Origin: an uncultured Desulfospira sp.
Lineage (GTDB): Bacteria > Desulfobacterota > Desulfobacteria > Desulfobacterales > Desulfobacteraceae
NCBI GenBank assembly: GCA_963663165.1
Contig: OY760175.1
Span: forward strand, 1,376,001-1,440,000
Reading direction: 5' to 3'
Length of the DNA stretch: 64,000 bases
Shown piece after piece: positions 18,447 through 29,213 of this stretch. Each line of letters starts with the position of its first letter. The stretch's first letter is position 1. A program made the position numbers and the translations under genes. The notes beneath the pieces were generated by a model, which ran no database searches, was not told where the DNA came from, and was given only the letters and a program-made list of their open reading frames with translations.

Positions 18447-18481
18447 TTCTAAAGTCTATGGTCTAAAGTCTAATGTCTATT
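18447..18481. repeat. Heptamer repeats (GTCTAAA-like)
   Basis: TTCTAAA GTCTATG GTCTAAA GTCTAAT GTCTATT. Confidence 0.7.
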
Positions 18482-18491
18482 TCCGATTTTT

Positions 18492-18758
18492 TTGAAAAAG
18501 CTGCCCATCGGCATACAGACCTTTTCCAATATTATCGAAAACAACTATTGCTACGTGGACAAAACCCCCTTGATCGCCAAACTGGTCACCCAGGGGGAAT
18601 ACTATTTCCTGTCCCGGCCCCGGCGTTTCGGCAAAAGCCTGCTCATCGACACCATTGCCCAGGCCTTTCATGGCAGAGAAGAACTTTTCCAGGGCCTTTA
18701 CAACTGGAACTGGGATAAGATCACCGGACAGGTAGAAAAAATACCATCGTATTCTTGA
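18492..18758 (+). pseudogene. N-terminal fragment of an AAA-ATPase-like/PD-(D/E)XK (DUF1703-type) protein
   Basis: KKLPIGIQTF...YVDKT...FLSRPRRFGKSL; ends after 88 aa, far shorter than usual for the family. Confidence 0.8.
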
Positions 18759-18818
18759 ACTTATCAGGGGGTGTTCTCTTGTGGAAAACACCCCCTTCAA
18801 AGACAAACGGGCGGTTTT

Positions 18819-21800
18819 CTAAGGCGACCATTTATATCCAAAAAGCCTAATGAACATTTCCATATCCGTTTCATCAATACCACCGTCGTTATCGAAATCT
18901 GCCTGCGGGAAATAGGCATCATCTCCGGAACTGCTGCCGAATGCACCGGCCATCAGCACGAGATCGGCTCCGTCAACATCATTGTCTATATCAAAGTCAC
19001 CAAAAGGCGGGGCTATATCCGGATGGCTTTTTCCATCAAGAGGATCAGAACCATTTGTAATTTCCGTGTAGTCGTCAAATCCGTCAGAATCCGTATCGAT
19101 ATCAAAGGGATCGGTTCCATATAAAATTTCGGATTGGTTTGAAAGACCATCCCTATCGGCATCGCCGTCTTCAGAGAATGTCGTAAAATGCCATACGGCC
19201 CCCAAAGTCTGAAGTTCGCTGTCATCTTTAGACAGGATACGCCAGTAATAGGTTGTGCCGAAATCCAGTTTTTCCAGAATAGAAAATTCTGAAAGACTGG
19301 TGGTTCCGAAGACTTCAAGGTTGTCACTATCCGTTGCCATCAGTATCTCGTATACCAAGGTGTCGTTAGAATCCCTGTCCCCACCTTCCCAGGAAAGCGT
19401 TGGCAGCACGGAAACCTGTAAGGCACCTGAAGCCGGATCCGGAAAATATGGCACCAGTGGTGCATGATTGGACTGCCAGGGCATGCCGAAAATTGAGACA
19501 AACCGCTCCAAGTCCTTCTGGTCAATGATATCATCCTCCACCAAATCCGTTTCCGGATCAAAGGCGGCATCCCCGTTGACACTGCCAAAGGACTGGACCA
19601 GCCTAACAAGATCCTTCCCATCGGCATCCTGATCCGAGTCGAAATCTCCGAACAACGGAAAATCCGGGAAGGAAAACTGGCTTAACGGGCTGGTTCCGTT
19701 CCTAATTTCAGAACAATCATCATACCCGTCCTGATCCGTATCCGCTTCAAACGGATCGGTCCCCAATTCTATCTCTTCAGCATTGGTCACCCCGTCTCCA
19801 TCTGCATCTTCCATGGCCGCAAACGTGTGAAAATGCCAGACAGGCCCGCTGGCCTGCAAGCCGTCATTATCCGTTGATACAATGGACCAGAAATAAGTGG
19901 TATTGAAATCCAGATTCTCTAATATGGATGACTCAATACTTTCTATGGTTTCAACCGTAAGCATGTCACTGCCGTCAGTGCCTAACAGGATATCATATGA
20001 AACCGTATCCTCCGGATCAGAGTCCCCCCCCTGCCAGGAAATCGGCACAGATACGGATATGTTTTTGGCCCCGTCTTCCGGGGATGGAATTGAAGGGGGA
20101 TAAGGGGGATGATTTACATCGGGAATCCATGTTATGCTGCCCTGGGCATAAGATATACAGGTGGTTTCTTCATCAGATATCTGAGCGTAAACATAATAGG
20201 TCCCTTCCTCAAGCCCGGATACATCCCATTCATAACTGTCCTGATCCCCATCCGCATCTTCACTGATATCGCCAACGATTAATTCCCCGTCCTGCCCTTG
20301 TGAATCCGTGTCATAATACAAGGATATAAGGGCGTCGGAATCCGGATCTATGTCTTTCCATTCTATTGCCATTACGCTGGCCGGGCTTTCATTGGTCAAT
20401 GTCGTATCCTCATCAGGTGTTGCCAACTCAATAAACGGGGGATTGTTATATGTGTCCTTTAAAACAAAAAAGGCTCCCACTGAACTCCAGTCTCCGTATT
20501 CACCGTGGTTGTCCATAAGCCGGGCACGCCAGTAATACCATTTGCCGTTCTCAAGCTCTAAAGGAATGGGAAATTCAAACCCGTCAGCCAATGTTTGGTT
20601 GATTAGCGGGGCCTCCATTTCCGGATCCGTGTATACCGCCACAGCCATCCGGACCGATTCCCCGTCCGTATCCTGCCCCGGGTGAACGGATAAGGTGGGA
20701 TTGCTGTGGCCGATCCAGGAAAGATGCCCGGGGTTTTGAATCACCGCCTGATCAGGCGGCTCATTAGCGGAATTGATAAAAAATCGGCCATATACCCATT
20801 TACTGTAGCTGCTGCCATCCCCTGCCCGGACCCGCCAGTAATATAAGGTATCATCATTTAAATTGCTGACAGTCCATAGAACAGAATCATCCGAAACCTC
20901 CAAATCCCCTTCACCGGACGTGATAAGATCTGAGGAGTCAAAGGTCTGGGACACATCGACCTGGAATTCATATGAAACCTCATCCCCGTCAGGATCATCC
21001 ACAACGCTGGCCGATAACTCAAGATCAGTGGACTGGATCTCGGCGTCCTGGGCGGGATAAAGCAGATAAGGTTCCTCAGGCTGCTGATTGGCGGTATTAA
21101 CGGTAAAGGAAACCACGGGCCCCGTTGAAGCTGCGCCATTGGCATCGGTTGTGGTGACCTGCCAATAATAAATGGCCCCATCTTCCAGGTCTGTATCCAC
21201 CTGCCATGATACGGTAAAACTTTCCATATCTGCGGTACCGGTGCCGGATGCCGCCGGATCAACCAGTTGAGAATCAGCATACAAAACAAATTCATACGAC
21301 AGTGTATCCTGGTCAGGGTCTGTGCTGCTCTCTGAAACCAGAACCGGGCGAAGGCTGCCGGTTTCTCCTTCATTTTCAGGAAAAACCGGATGGTGGTCCA
21401 AAGGCGGTTCATTGGCCGTATTTACAAAAAAAGCCCCGTGAACCCACAATGAATATGCGATACCGTCAAAGACACGGGAACGCCAGTAATAGGTTGTATT
21501 TTCCTCCAAGGGCACCGGCAGGGCCCAAAGGGCAACATGATCTGATGCTGTAATCCCATCCTGTTCGGTGATTTTCCGGCTAAATCCCTGATCCTCATAC
21601 AGTTCAAATGCATATGTTATTGTTTTGCCGCCCGGTTCAACACTGCAATACACAGACAGATCCGGGGAAAGCACGGATACCGATGCGCCTGGTAACGGCA
21701 AAAGGACTTCAGGCGGATGGGGTGCGTAATTTATAGTGTCCGGTGCTGTACCATTTAAAAATTCATCCGAATCCGACATTCCGTCTTCGTCATAATCCCC

Positions 21801-23492
21801 GGTACCGTCCCGGTCCAGGGTGCCGAAATATTGAATTTCCCACTGATCTTCCAAACTGTCACAGTCGGTGTCGTCAACCGGGCATATTTCAACTGTGGCA
21901 GACCTTGATGTCTCTAAGGTTCCGTCCGATGCGGTAAAGGATAACTGATGCTGCCCTGCCTGGCCTTCCTCAGGGGTCCACTGGAACCGGCCGGTTCCAT
22001 CGCCAAGATCATTAAAAACCGCGCCATCAGGTATTTGATCTGCCGTCAGTACCGGCACAGTTCCATCAGGGTCACTGGCCTTGACAGTAATGGAAAGCAG
22101 CTGGTTTTCCACACCGGTATAGCTGGGAATATACTGCATTACCGGAGCTTGGGGGCTTGAATCAGGTTCCTCAAAAATAAACAAATAGGAAATGGCGGCA
22201 TCTGCATCAAACAAATTAACAAAATATTGCCACGAATCATTGTCATTTCTGATTTTCGATAACCAGACATTTTCTTCTTCAATAACTTTCCCGTCGGAGC
22301 GGATAACCTGCTGGATCTCCTTTTCCCCGTCAAAAGGATCTTTAAATTTTAAATATAAAAAGGCCTCAACAGACGGGACGGTTACAATATACACAGGGCT
22401 TGAGCCGTATTGCTCCAGGATCAGCGACCCGGAATAATCGGTTACATCAGAATCGGATCCCTCAGATTCGTACACCCGGACAGTGTCGTCATCCATGGCC
22501 AGAAAATCCAGCATCTCATCTGAGTCTGAAAGGTCTACCAACACCTCATGAAGAAGAAAATGGGTGGTCACATTCCCTATCAGGGTGATTAAACCGGCTC
22601 CGGATACCTTGGAACCGGAGAACTCTGAAACAAATTCAACAAACTGTCCGGACAGGCTGCTGGTCATTATCCATCGGGCCGTGGTGCATGCCCCGGATAA
22701 AATAGTGCCGAAATCGGCCAACAGGGACGGTGTTTCTTCCTGCCCATTCACACAGGTCCCCTGGATAATAAACTCAACTGCCATATCCTGGCCGCTTGAA
22801 GATATCCTGGGTTCGGCAGATTCGATTGTTAATTCATCGGCAGGCCCGGTACCGTTATTTTTTACCCGGACACCCAAGGAAAAAGGAACCGGTGCTTCAA
22901 TCTCGTCGGTCATTAAATCATCGCCGTAAACCTCTTTGGGAATAAAATAATCCAGGTCAAGCACAGCAGATGGTTTGACAAAAATAATCTGAGGGGTTGC
23001 GTTAATGGAAAAAGGCTCATCACCGACGGTACCCGTAACATTGGCACCCACATAGTAAAGGGTTCCGGCCTCCACTAAACCGGATGCGCCGGACAGGGGG
23101 GTTATAGACCAATCGACAGTTGCCTGTCTTGACGCAGAAACCACCCCCTCTCCCTGGATGTTTTCTATGTTCTCCATGCCGTCCATCTGAGTTAAAAACA
23201 GTATGCCGTCCGTATCTGAGTCTGATGAATAAATAAACTGCGTACCGGTTGCATCTTCAAAAGAAAGGGTAACCCTTATATTTTCTATATCCTCATCAGA
23301 AAGCCAGTTGCTGATTTCAACCTGCATGCTGAAAGGTGCCTGCTCCGCTGTCAGGGTTTGATTAATCTCAATTCCTATCTCTATTTTGGAATCTGCAGCA
23401 ACCACCACTGCATTGCCTTCCCAAATAGGAATCAGCATGCAGGCGATTGCCAGGGCAGTCCGGAATTTATTTTTGTTACATGCATCTAACAT
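18819..23492 (-). CDS. Giant acidic secreted/surface protein with Ig/FN3-like repeats, TSP3-like Ca-binding repeats and dockerin-like modules
   Basis: Hydrophobic N-terminus; repeated YYWRxR strands; DxDxDG repeats; two GDFDxDxDxDGxDL modules. Confidence 0.85.
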   Translation of the reverse strand: MLDACNKNKFRTALAIACMLIPIWEGNAVVVAADSKIEIGIEINQTLTAEQAPFSMQVEISNWLSDEDIENIRVTLSFEDATGTQFIYSSDSDTDGILFLTQMDGMENIENIQGEGVVSASRQATVDWSITPLSGASGLVEAGTLYYVGANVTGTVGDEPFSINATPQIIFVKPSAVLDLDYFIPKEVYGDDLMTDEIEAPVPFSLGVRVKNNGTGPADELTIESAEPRISSSGQDMAVEFIIQGTCVNGQEETPSLLADFGTILSGACTTARWIMTSSLSGQFVEFVSEFSGSKVSGAGLITLIGNVTTHFLLHEVLVDLSDSDEMLDFLAMDDDTVRVYESEGSDSDVTDYSGSLILEQYGSSPVYIVTVPSVEAFLYLKFKDPFDGEKEIQQVIRSDGKVIEEENVWLSKIRNDNDSWQYFVNLFDADAAISYLFIFEEPDSSPQAPVMQYIPSYTGVENQLLSITVKASDPDGTVPVLTADQIPDGAVFNDLGDGTGRFQWTPEEGQAGQHQLSFTASDGTLETSRSATVEICPVDDTDCDSLEDQWEIQYFGTLDRDGTGDYDEDGMSDSDEFLNGTAPDTINYAPHPPEVLLPLPGASVSVLSPDLSVYCSVEPGGKTITYAFELYEDQGFSRKITEQDGITASDHVALWALPVPLEENTTYYWRSRVFDGIAYSLWVHGAFFVNTANEPPLDHHPVFPENEGETGSLRPVLVSESSTDPDQDTLSYEFVLYADSQLVDPAASGTGTADMESFTVSWQVDTDLEDGAIYYWQVTTTDANGAASTGPVVSFTVNTANQQPEEPYLLYPAQDAEIQSTDLELSASVVDDPDGDEVSYEFQVDVSQTFDSSDLITSGEGDLEVSDDSVLWTVSNLNDDTLYYWRVRAGDGSSYSKWVYGRFFINSANEPPDQAVIQNPGHLSWIGHSNPTLSVHPGQDTDGESVRMAVAVYTDPEMEAPLINQTLADGFEFPIPLELENGKWYYWRARLMDNHGEYGDWSSVGAFFVLKDTYNNPPFIELATPDEDTTLTNESPASVMAIEWKDIDPDSDALISLYYDTDSQGQDGELIVGDISEDADGDQDSYEWDVSGLEEGTYYVYAQISDEETTCISYAQGSITWIPDVNHPPYPPSIPSPEDGAKNISVSVPISWQGGDSDPEDTVSYDILLGTDGSDMLTVETIESIESSILENLDFNTTYFWSIVSTDNDGLQASGPVWHFHTFAAMEDADGDGVTNAEEIELGTDPFEADTDQDGYDDCSEIRNGTSPLSQFSFPDFPLFGDFDSDQDADGKDLVRLVQSFGSVNGDAAFDPETDLVEDDIIDQKDLERFVSIFGMPWQSNHAPLVPYFPDPASGALQVSVLPTLSWEGGDRDSNDTLVYEILMATDSDNLEVFGTTSLSEFSILEKLDFGTTYYWRILSKDDSELQTLGAVWHFTTFSEDGDADRDGLSNQSEILYGTDPFDIDTDSDGFDDYTEITNGSDPLDGKSHPDIAPPFGDFDIDNDVDGADLVLMAGAFGSSSGDDAYFPQADFDNDGGIDETDMEMFIRLFGYKWSP

Positions 23493-23523
23493 TGTCTTAT
23501 GTTTCCTGTGGTCAGAAATAAGA

Positions 23524-23544
23524 CCCCCCCCCCCCCCCCCCCCC
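23524..23544 (-). repeat. 21-nt homopolymer (poly-G on the coding strand) upstream of the giant surface-protein gene
   Basis: C21 on the + strand, 32 bp from ATG23492. Confidence 0.9.
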
Positions 23545-23567
23545 GATAAAAATCATCCGTTTGGTTA

Positions 23568-24947
23568 GGGATGTGGTAAAATTAAAACCCACAATTCATT
23601 CCTCATAGCATGGAATATCAACAGCCCATTTTTCAATCCCTGGAATCCGAATAATTTTGTTTTCTATATTATTCACGGCGGACTTGACCAAACGTACCCC
23701 TGTCGGGTAAACACCTTTGATTAATTTGACGACAGGATTTTCTCCTTTCCATGTCATTGTTCGACATAGACCGAGAACCTTTTCAATTTTGTTCAGCAAT
23801 TCGCCTTTCCAATGATTTTCCAAAACACCCCAAACTCGCTCTATTGGGTTGTATTTACTGTGGTACGGGGGATAGTACACCAAACTAATATTTACAAATG
23901 CTGATTTGGCAAAGTCCACGAGGCGACTAATGAATTGGCTCCTTCGGCTACTATTTTCCGGCCCATTATCAAGATTGATCACCAGTGTATGTGGGGCGAA
24001 TCTTGCGTTCAAAGAAGGCCAGAGTGATTCCAGCGCATCAATCATGAAATCAGAGGTGATGTTGCTTTCAGTGAAGTACATATAATTTTCATCCAGAGCA
24101 GGTATGTTGATACCGAAAAGTTTCAAAAGGGAATCGGGTTTAAAATCATGGTCCGCCGCTTTAAGATTGCAACGACTATATCCGCCTCGGGAATAAGGCC
24201 CTATTTTAATAGTGGCTTTTGCGTCCATTGAGATACGTAAAACGCCATCTGTTTCATCGGCTAGTTGGTTTGTCCTATGCACATATTCAAAAATGATGTC
24301 TGTTTCAGGAATTTTTTTTTACCTTGGCTTTGGCGACCTTCTTCAGTTTAAAACCCAATTTATTCATTATGGTGGATAGAGTCCGTACTGTTGGCATATT
24401 CTCAGGGTCATATCCCATGTCGTCAACTAATCGACGGAATACTTCATTCGCAGATATTGGGGAATATAAATTCTGGGTACGGAATGTAGGATCAGTCTGA
24501 CATATAGGGTTTACAATACGAGTTATGTCCTCTTTTAAATTCGGAAAATGTTCTAAACACGATTTCCGGCCTCGTCCGGAAAAATTATCAACACAGGTAA
24601 CTCCGCTTTCTATTTCCCGTCGCCCTTTGATTATTGTTTTCCGATCCCAACCCAGTTCTCTTTCAGCCTTTAGTTGTCCGCCGTGCCCCATAAGGGAGAC
24701 AACGCGTGCCATGAATTGGCGCCGTTCATGGCCTTTTAATTTGCTTCGAGTGGTATTCAGAAAATCCTTTAGTGGTGGCGTTAATTCCGATATAGTTTTG
24801 GGTAAATTGTGCTTAGAATGATCAAACATGGTCCTCCTGTATTTTTTATGTAATCTTCCATGTTGACCATAAACTATCGATTCCATGTTGTCTATAGAAA
24901 TCAGAATTCAGACTATGGAATTGTGGATATTAATTTTTCTGAGGCCC
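23568..24947 (-). mobile_element. ISAzo13-family insertion sequence, copy 1
   Basis: Imperfect IRs GGGATGTGGTAAAATTAAAACCCACAATTC / GAATTGTGGATATTAATTTTTCTGAGGCCC; TTA target duplication. Confidence 0.92.
23596..24829 (-). CDS. ISAzo13-family transposase, two frames joined at an A9 run
   Basis: SMDAKA, DHDF, LDNGPEN, YPPYHSKYNPIERVWG; AGGAGG RBS before MFDHSK. Confidence 0.88.
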
Positions 24948-25002
24948 TTAATTGTTTACCGGACATATCTTAAAGTTTAAAAAGCAGGACCACAGGCGGC
25001 TG

Positions 25003-26796
25003 TTATAGAAAAAACCAGATGCTGTCATATTCCATTGGCGCCTCACCAGTTTCTGCCAATCGGACTAAATAATCCAGAGTTGCCACATCTTTATAAAGAT
25101 AGGTATCACAGGAGACCAGATTCATATCCCATGGATGAAATTCATACAGCCTGCGGCCATCCGGAAGAATGGTCAACAGATCCCGATGCTGCCTGGCCAG
25201 AAGATAATTTTTCCCCAGACCCGGTATATTGAAAACCGCATCATCCGTTCGCCGAAGCCCCGGCACCAGCCGTGCTTCCTCTTTTTGTTCCTGAAGGATT
25301 CTAGCCAGGGGAACCCGGTATGCATTGGTTTCTTCTTTGCCTTTGGGCATAAACGTATAATAAGGATCAATACCCACTCTTCGAAGCAGCATCCTCAGCA
25401 GGGTGCTTTCAAACCGCCTTGACGTAAAAAACGTATATACCTGCTGATTATATACGCCGATTCCCTGCCGTTTGAGCCGGTCAACGGCGAGTGCCGTATC
25501 CGGCGTCACTTCATATGGATGTTCAATATGGGTCATGACGGCTATTTCACGCCGGCCGGGCTCCCGGAACCGGCCCAGGATCTTTGCCAGTTGGTCTGTA
25601 ATCCGCATGGGTAAGGTCACCAATACACGGCTGCCGATACGGATGCAGTCAATATGGTCAATTTCGCAAAGACGGCTAAGCAATGACTCGATTCTCTGGT
25701 CCGGAAGGATAAAGGGATCACCGCCGGTCACCAGGACCTCTTTAATCGCAGGGTGTTTTCGTATCCAGTCCACGGCTGCTTCTATTTCAGCCTCACCGGC
25801 AAAAGAATGCGGGGCCATAACTTCCTCAATCTCCCAATTCCGCTGGCAGTACACGCAAATCTGAGGGCAGGTCATGACCGGTTTCAAGATGGCCACATTG
25901 GGATAACGCCGGGTTACCAGATCTACCGGCGACGTATCGGATTCGAGCATAAAATCAAAAGAGCTCCGGCCGAATTTGCGATGATCCGCCATATGGTCGA
26001 CATAATCTTCAGGCGGGAAAACCTGGGCCCTGATGGCCTGATCATTGACACCTGCTCCCTCTTCCATAAGTGAAAGATAATAAGGTGTTATGCCAAAGGG
26101 AAGCTTTTCTTTTCTTGCTCTTTTAATCAAAGCGTACTGGGCATCTCCTATGTCCATTAGATTGCGGACCGAATCTGCATCGTTAACCACATTCTTAAGG
26201 TGCCATTTCCAGTTGCCCCAGTCGTTTTCATCCGCCCCGAGTTCTTCAAGTATCCGGCTTCTCTGTTTTAACCTGAGTTGAACAGCCTTTTGTGTCAGGC
26301 CATTGGCATAGGATGCCATTTTATGGTCAACCATCTCACCGATCTGGTCCAGCTCAGCCGATCTGATCACGGCCTTTTCCCGGCCTGAAAGCTGATCATT
26401 TTCCTTATGCTCAAACAAAAACTGGAAATCGGCCCGGCCCTCAATGCCTTTTACCCAATTAATCATTTCCGCATAAAATCCCGGGGATAATTCCTCTCCG
26501 GTCTTTCCCTTTGCAATATCCCATACCGCCTGGACCGCATTAAATCCACTGATAGCTTCCGACCGCTCAGAAAAAACATTATGAAGCACCACGCTGCAGT
26601 CCCTCATCCTTATCAACTGGTGGGCGGGAGGATAAGCCCCATTGGAAGGGGAACGAAATAATTGTGAAATCCTTCCCAGCAATGTTTCCCGGACTTCTTC
26701 AAGAGACCTTAGTGCATCAATTCCCTCTAAAAGCTTTGCAGACTCTTTTTTAAAATTATCTATATTGTATAATTTTCTATAATCCCAATTGTCCAT
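25003..26796 (-). CDS. KamA family radical SAM protein (lysine 2,3-aminomutase-like) with N-terminal extension
   Basis: W+WHL+N, ITPYY, TRRYP, CPQICVYCQR, VTGGDP, RIGSR, HIEHPYE. Start is 26796 or 26832. Confidence 0.9.
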   Translation of the reverse strand: MDNWDYRKLYNIDNFKKESAKLLEGIDALRSLEEVRETLLGRISQLFRSPSNGAYPPAHQLIRMRDCSVVLHNVFSERSEAISGFNAVQAVWDIAKGKTGEELSPGFYAEMINWVKGIEGRADFQFLFEHKENDQLSGREKAVIRSAELDQIGEMVDHKMASYANGLTQKAVQLRLKQRSRILEELGADENDWGNWKWHLKNVVNDADSVRNLMDIGDAQYALIKRARKEKLPFGITPYYLSLMEEGAGVNDQAIRAQVFPPEDYVDHMADHRKFGRSSFDFMLESDTSPVDLVTRRYPNVAILKPVMTCPQICVYCQRNWEIEEVMAPHSFAGEAEIEAAVDWIRKHPAIKEVLVTGGDPFILPDQRIESLLSRLCEIDHIDCIRIGSRVLVTLPMRITDQLAKILGRFREPGRREIAVMTHIEHPYEVTPDTALAVDRLKRQGIGVYNQQVYTFFTSRRFESTLLRMLLRRVGIDPYYTFMPKGKEETNAYRVPLARILQEQKEEARLVPGLRRTDDAVFNIPGLGKNYLLARQHRDLLTILPDGRRLYEFHPWDMNLVSCDTYLYKDVATLDYLVRLAETGEAPMEYDSIWFFL

Positions 26797-26923
26797 ATTT
26801 CCATCCCCATAAATGCTTCTAATGGTTTCCACTTTCTATCAGATCAGACAAAAAAACCAAAAACTTTCCAGTAACAACCATCTTTCCCTGTTCCGTGAGA
26901 TGGGTACGATTATAGGCGTACCT

Positions 26924-29146
26924 TTAGTCCTGTGGGCTTATAAAATTCATTTTCACAGAAATATCCTCGTGATTCTCTGTGGCCACCACTGCTTCCTGGA
27001 CAATAATGGATACGGTTTCCTGATCGGTCTGATCTCCATCACTTACAGAAAAGACAATACGGTGGATTCCAACCTGATCCTCTTTCGGCGTCCAGGAAAA
27101 AAGTCTTGTTTCCGAATTAAATGATGCCCCCTCCGGTAAATTCTCAGCAGAAAAAACCAGCGTATCATACCGGTCACGATCATCGGCCTGAATTTTAAAT
27201 TGAATCAATTCTTCTGCAAGGACACGTTTTGCGCCGATGCCGTTCATTTTGGGAGAAAAGTTGTCTTGGCCTGGTGTAGCTGTTCTAAAATTCTGCTCAT
27301 AATATTCATTTTCATTTCCGGATGCATCCGTGCTGCTCACATGAATTTCAAACCTTTGAATACTTGAAATTTCAGGTAAATTTTCGAGCTTGGCCACATG
27401 GTTTCTTGTTAGGCTAAGATCAATATATTCAGCGTCAGTTCCAGCCGCATATTCAATTTTATAGGCAATTTCTGTTGTTGACAGTTCATCCGTATACCAG
27501 TTAATTGTTGCACTGTTCTCTGATATTTCTGTGACATGGACATCAGTAATGAGTGGTATTTGATTATCTTCACCTGAAGGTGTTTTCACAACAAGAATAT
27601 TGCTTTCAGCACTGCGTTGATCCAATGAATCCCAGGCGATAACTTTATATTCGTAATAACCGTTCGGATTAACACGCTCATCTGAGTAAGACGTTTCTAT
27701 ACTCATATCGATTGGCCATCCGTTTCTGAAAATAACATATCCGGCAAGGTGGTTATCGTCAGACGCAGGGTCCCAGAGGAGAGAAACGCAATCGGATGCA
27801 ATTCTTTCTGCTTTTAGATTTTGAGGCGAAGACGGTGGTTCCATATCCTGCCGGTAATAATTTTCTACAACCAAAAATACATGAATAATCGGTTTTCCCG
27901 GGGAAAAAAGGCCATCCACTTCAGGTTCTGAAACATATAAAATATGCTGCTCATCATCAAATGCCATACCGCCTATACCGGTAAATCGCTGGGTATGATG
28001 GCCGACTCTCTCTATGGAATTAAACATATAGTCATGAAGGTTGAAAACGGCATAAGGCTGAATCTCGTTTGAAGTTAAATCGCCTTGTATTACTTTTGAA
28101 AACAACACCGGATCATAAAACAGCATGGCCGCATAATCCGGATTGGAGTGATATCCTTTTGAACCGTGATCATCAGGCTGCAGGTCGCCATAAGTTTCCA
28201 TTCCGCTTGCAGCGGTCCTGAACCCTTTTGAACCGCCGATGATAATGGCCTGCTTAAAATCAGAAGTCGCCCATACGCCGTCATTCAATTCATCTCTATA
28301 ACTAAAATTAGCAACCGTATAGGGTTTTTCGTATTTCAAAAGTTTTATGGCATTCATGGAACTGCCACTGCGCGGAGATGCCTCTGCGGCCCATGGCTTG
28401 ACCGCATAGAGTGTGGGTCCCAAACTCCCGCCACGGGATCTTCCTGCCACCATGGTATGCCCGTTGATGTAATTTTTTGAAAATTGTTCAGGGATTTTAA
28501 AAAGATACCGGCTGGTGGCATTGGATGCAACATTTCCCAAGTTCCAGACACCCTGGGAGTTTAATTGGGAGAAATCCAGTTCACAGGAGCCAAAGGTCAG
28601 TTCATCATCCGGCGGACAATAATAATTATACATAACCCAGTACAATTTATTCTGCTTTGGCTCGTCTTGGATTTGAACGACTTGAATGTCAGATAATGTC
28701 GGCGTTGTAAGTCCTGAAGACTGCCTACCGCCGGTTATTTCCACAAACCCTTGTAATGTTGTTGCAACCGGCAATTCATCGATATTTTTAGTGGGAGAAA
28801 CAACCGGCTTGGGGATAGAGAATTCTGAAATCATGCTCTTATTTGTTTTTCCATGACTTATCAAAGATCCTGGGAACCCGTCCTGATCACCTGCTGGATC
28901 CCCGTCAGCCCTGAAAGTCATGCCCCTGCCCCCCCCATTCCATTTGGTATCACCGGAAGTTTCGTCTGGCAGTCTGAAAGCACCTAAATAAACAAAATCA
29001 GACGTTGGATTTATCAATCCCAGTTTATCTTCATTGTTATTCGGGGAGGATACTGAAAAATTTATATCCACGCCCTGGGCCGCTAAAGGAGAAACACCGA
29101 TTAAAACACTGATGGCTATTATTAAAATATAAATGACCATTTTCAT
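26924..29146 (-). CDS. Secreted protein with FN3 and Ig-like domains
   Basis: Signal peptide; PPSSPQNL...LWDPASDD...GYVIFRNG (FN3); LPEGASFNSETRLFSWTP (Ig-like). Confidence 0.8.
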   Translation of the reverse strand: MKMVIYILIIAISVLIGVSPLAAQGVDINFSVSSPNNNEDKLGLINPTSDFVYLGAFRLPDETSGDTKWNGGGRGMTFRADGDPAGDQDGFPGSLISHGKTNKSMISEFSIPKPVVSPTKNIDELPVATTLQGFVEITGGRQSSGLTTPTLSDIQVVQIQDEPKQNKLYWVMYNYYCPPDDELTFGSCELDFSQLNSQGVWNLGNVASNATSRYLFKIPEQFSKNYINGHTMVAGRSRGGSLGPTLYAVKPWAAEASPRSGSSMNAIKLLKYEKPYTVANFSYRDELNDGVWATSDFKQAIIIGGSKGFRTAASGMETYGDLQPDDHGSKGYHSNPDYAAMLFYDPVLFSKVIQGDLTSNEIQPYAVFNLHDYMFNSIERVGHHTQRFTGIGGMAFDDEQHILYVSEPEVDGLFSPGKPIIHVFLVVENYYRQDMEPPSSPQNLKAERIASDCVSLLWDPASDDNHLAGYVIFRNGWPIDMSIETSYSDERVNPNGYYEYKVIAWDSLDQRSAESNILVVKTPSGEDNQIPLITDVHVTEISENSATINWYTDELSTTEIAYKIEYAAGTDAEYIDLSLTRNHVAKLENLPEISSIQRFEIHVSSTDASGNENEYYEQNFRTATPGQDNFSPKMNGIGAKRVLAEELIQFKIQADDRDRYDTLVFSAENLPEGASFNSETRLFSWTPKEDQVGIHRIVFSVSDGDQTDQETVSIIVQEAVVATENHEDISVKMNFISPQD

Positions 29147-29213
29147 TTTTTCATTCTCCCGGGAATTCGTAATTTAGTTCATTTGGATTTGCCGCAGCAA
29201 ATTAAAAACGAAT

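Noticed and set aside
8520..22929. Numerous short antisense or overlapping ORFs in the track
   Set aside because: They are shadow frames of long, motif-supported genes and have no independent evidence.
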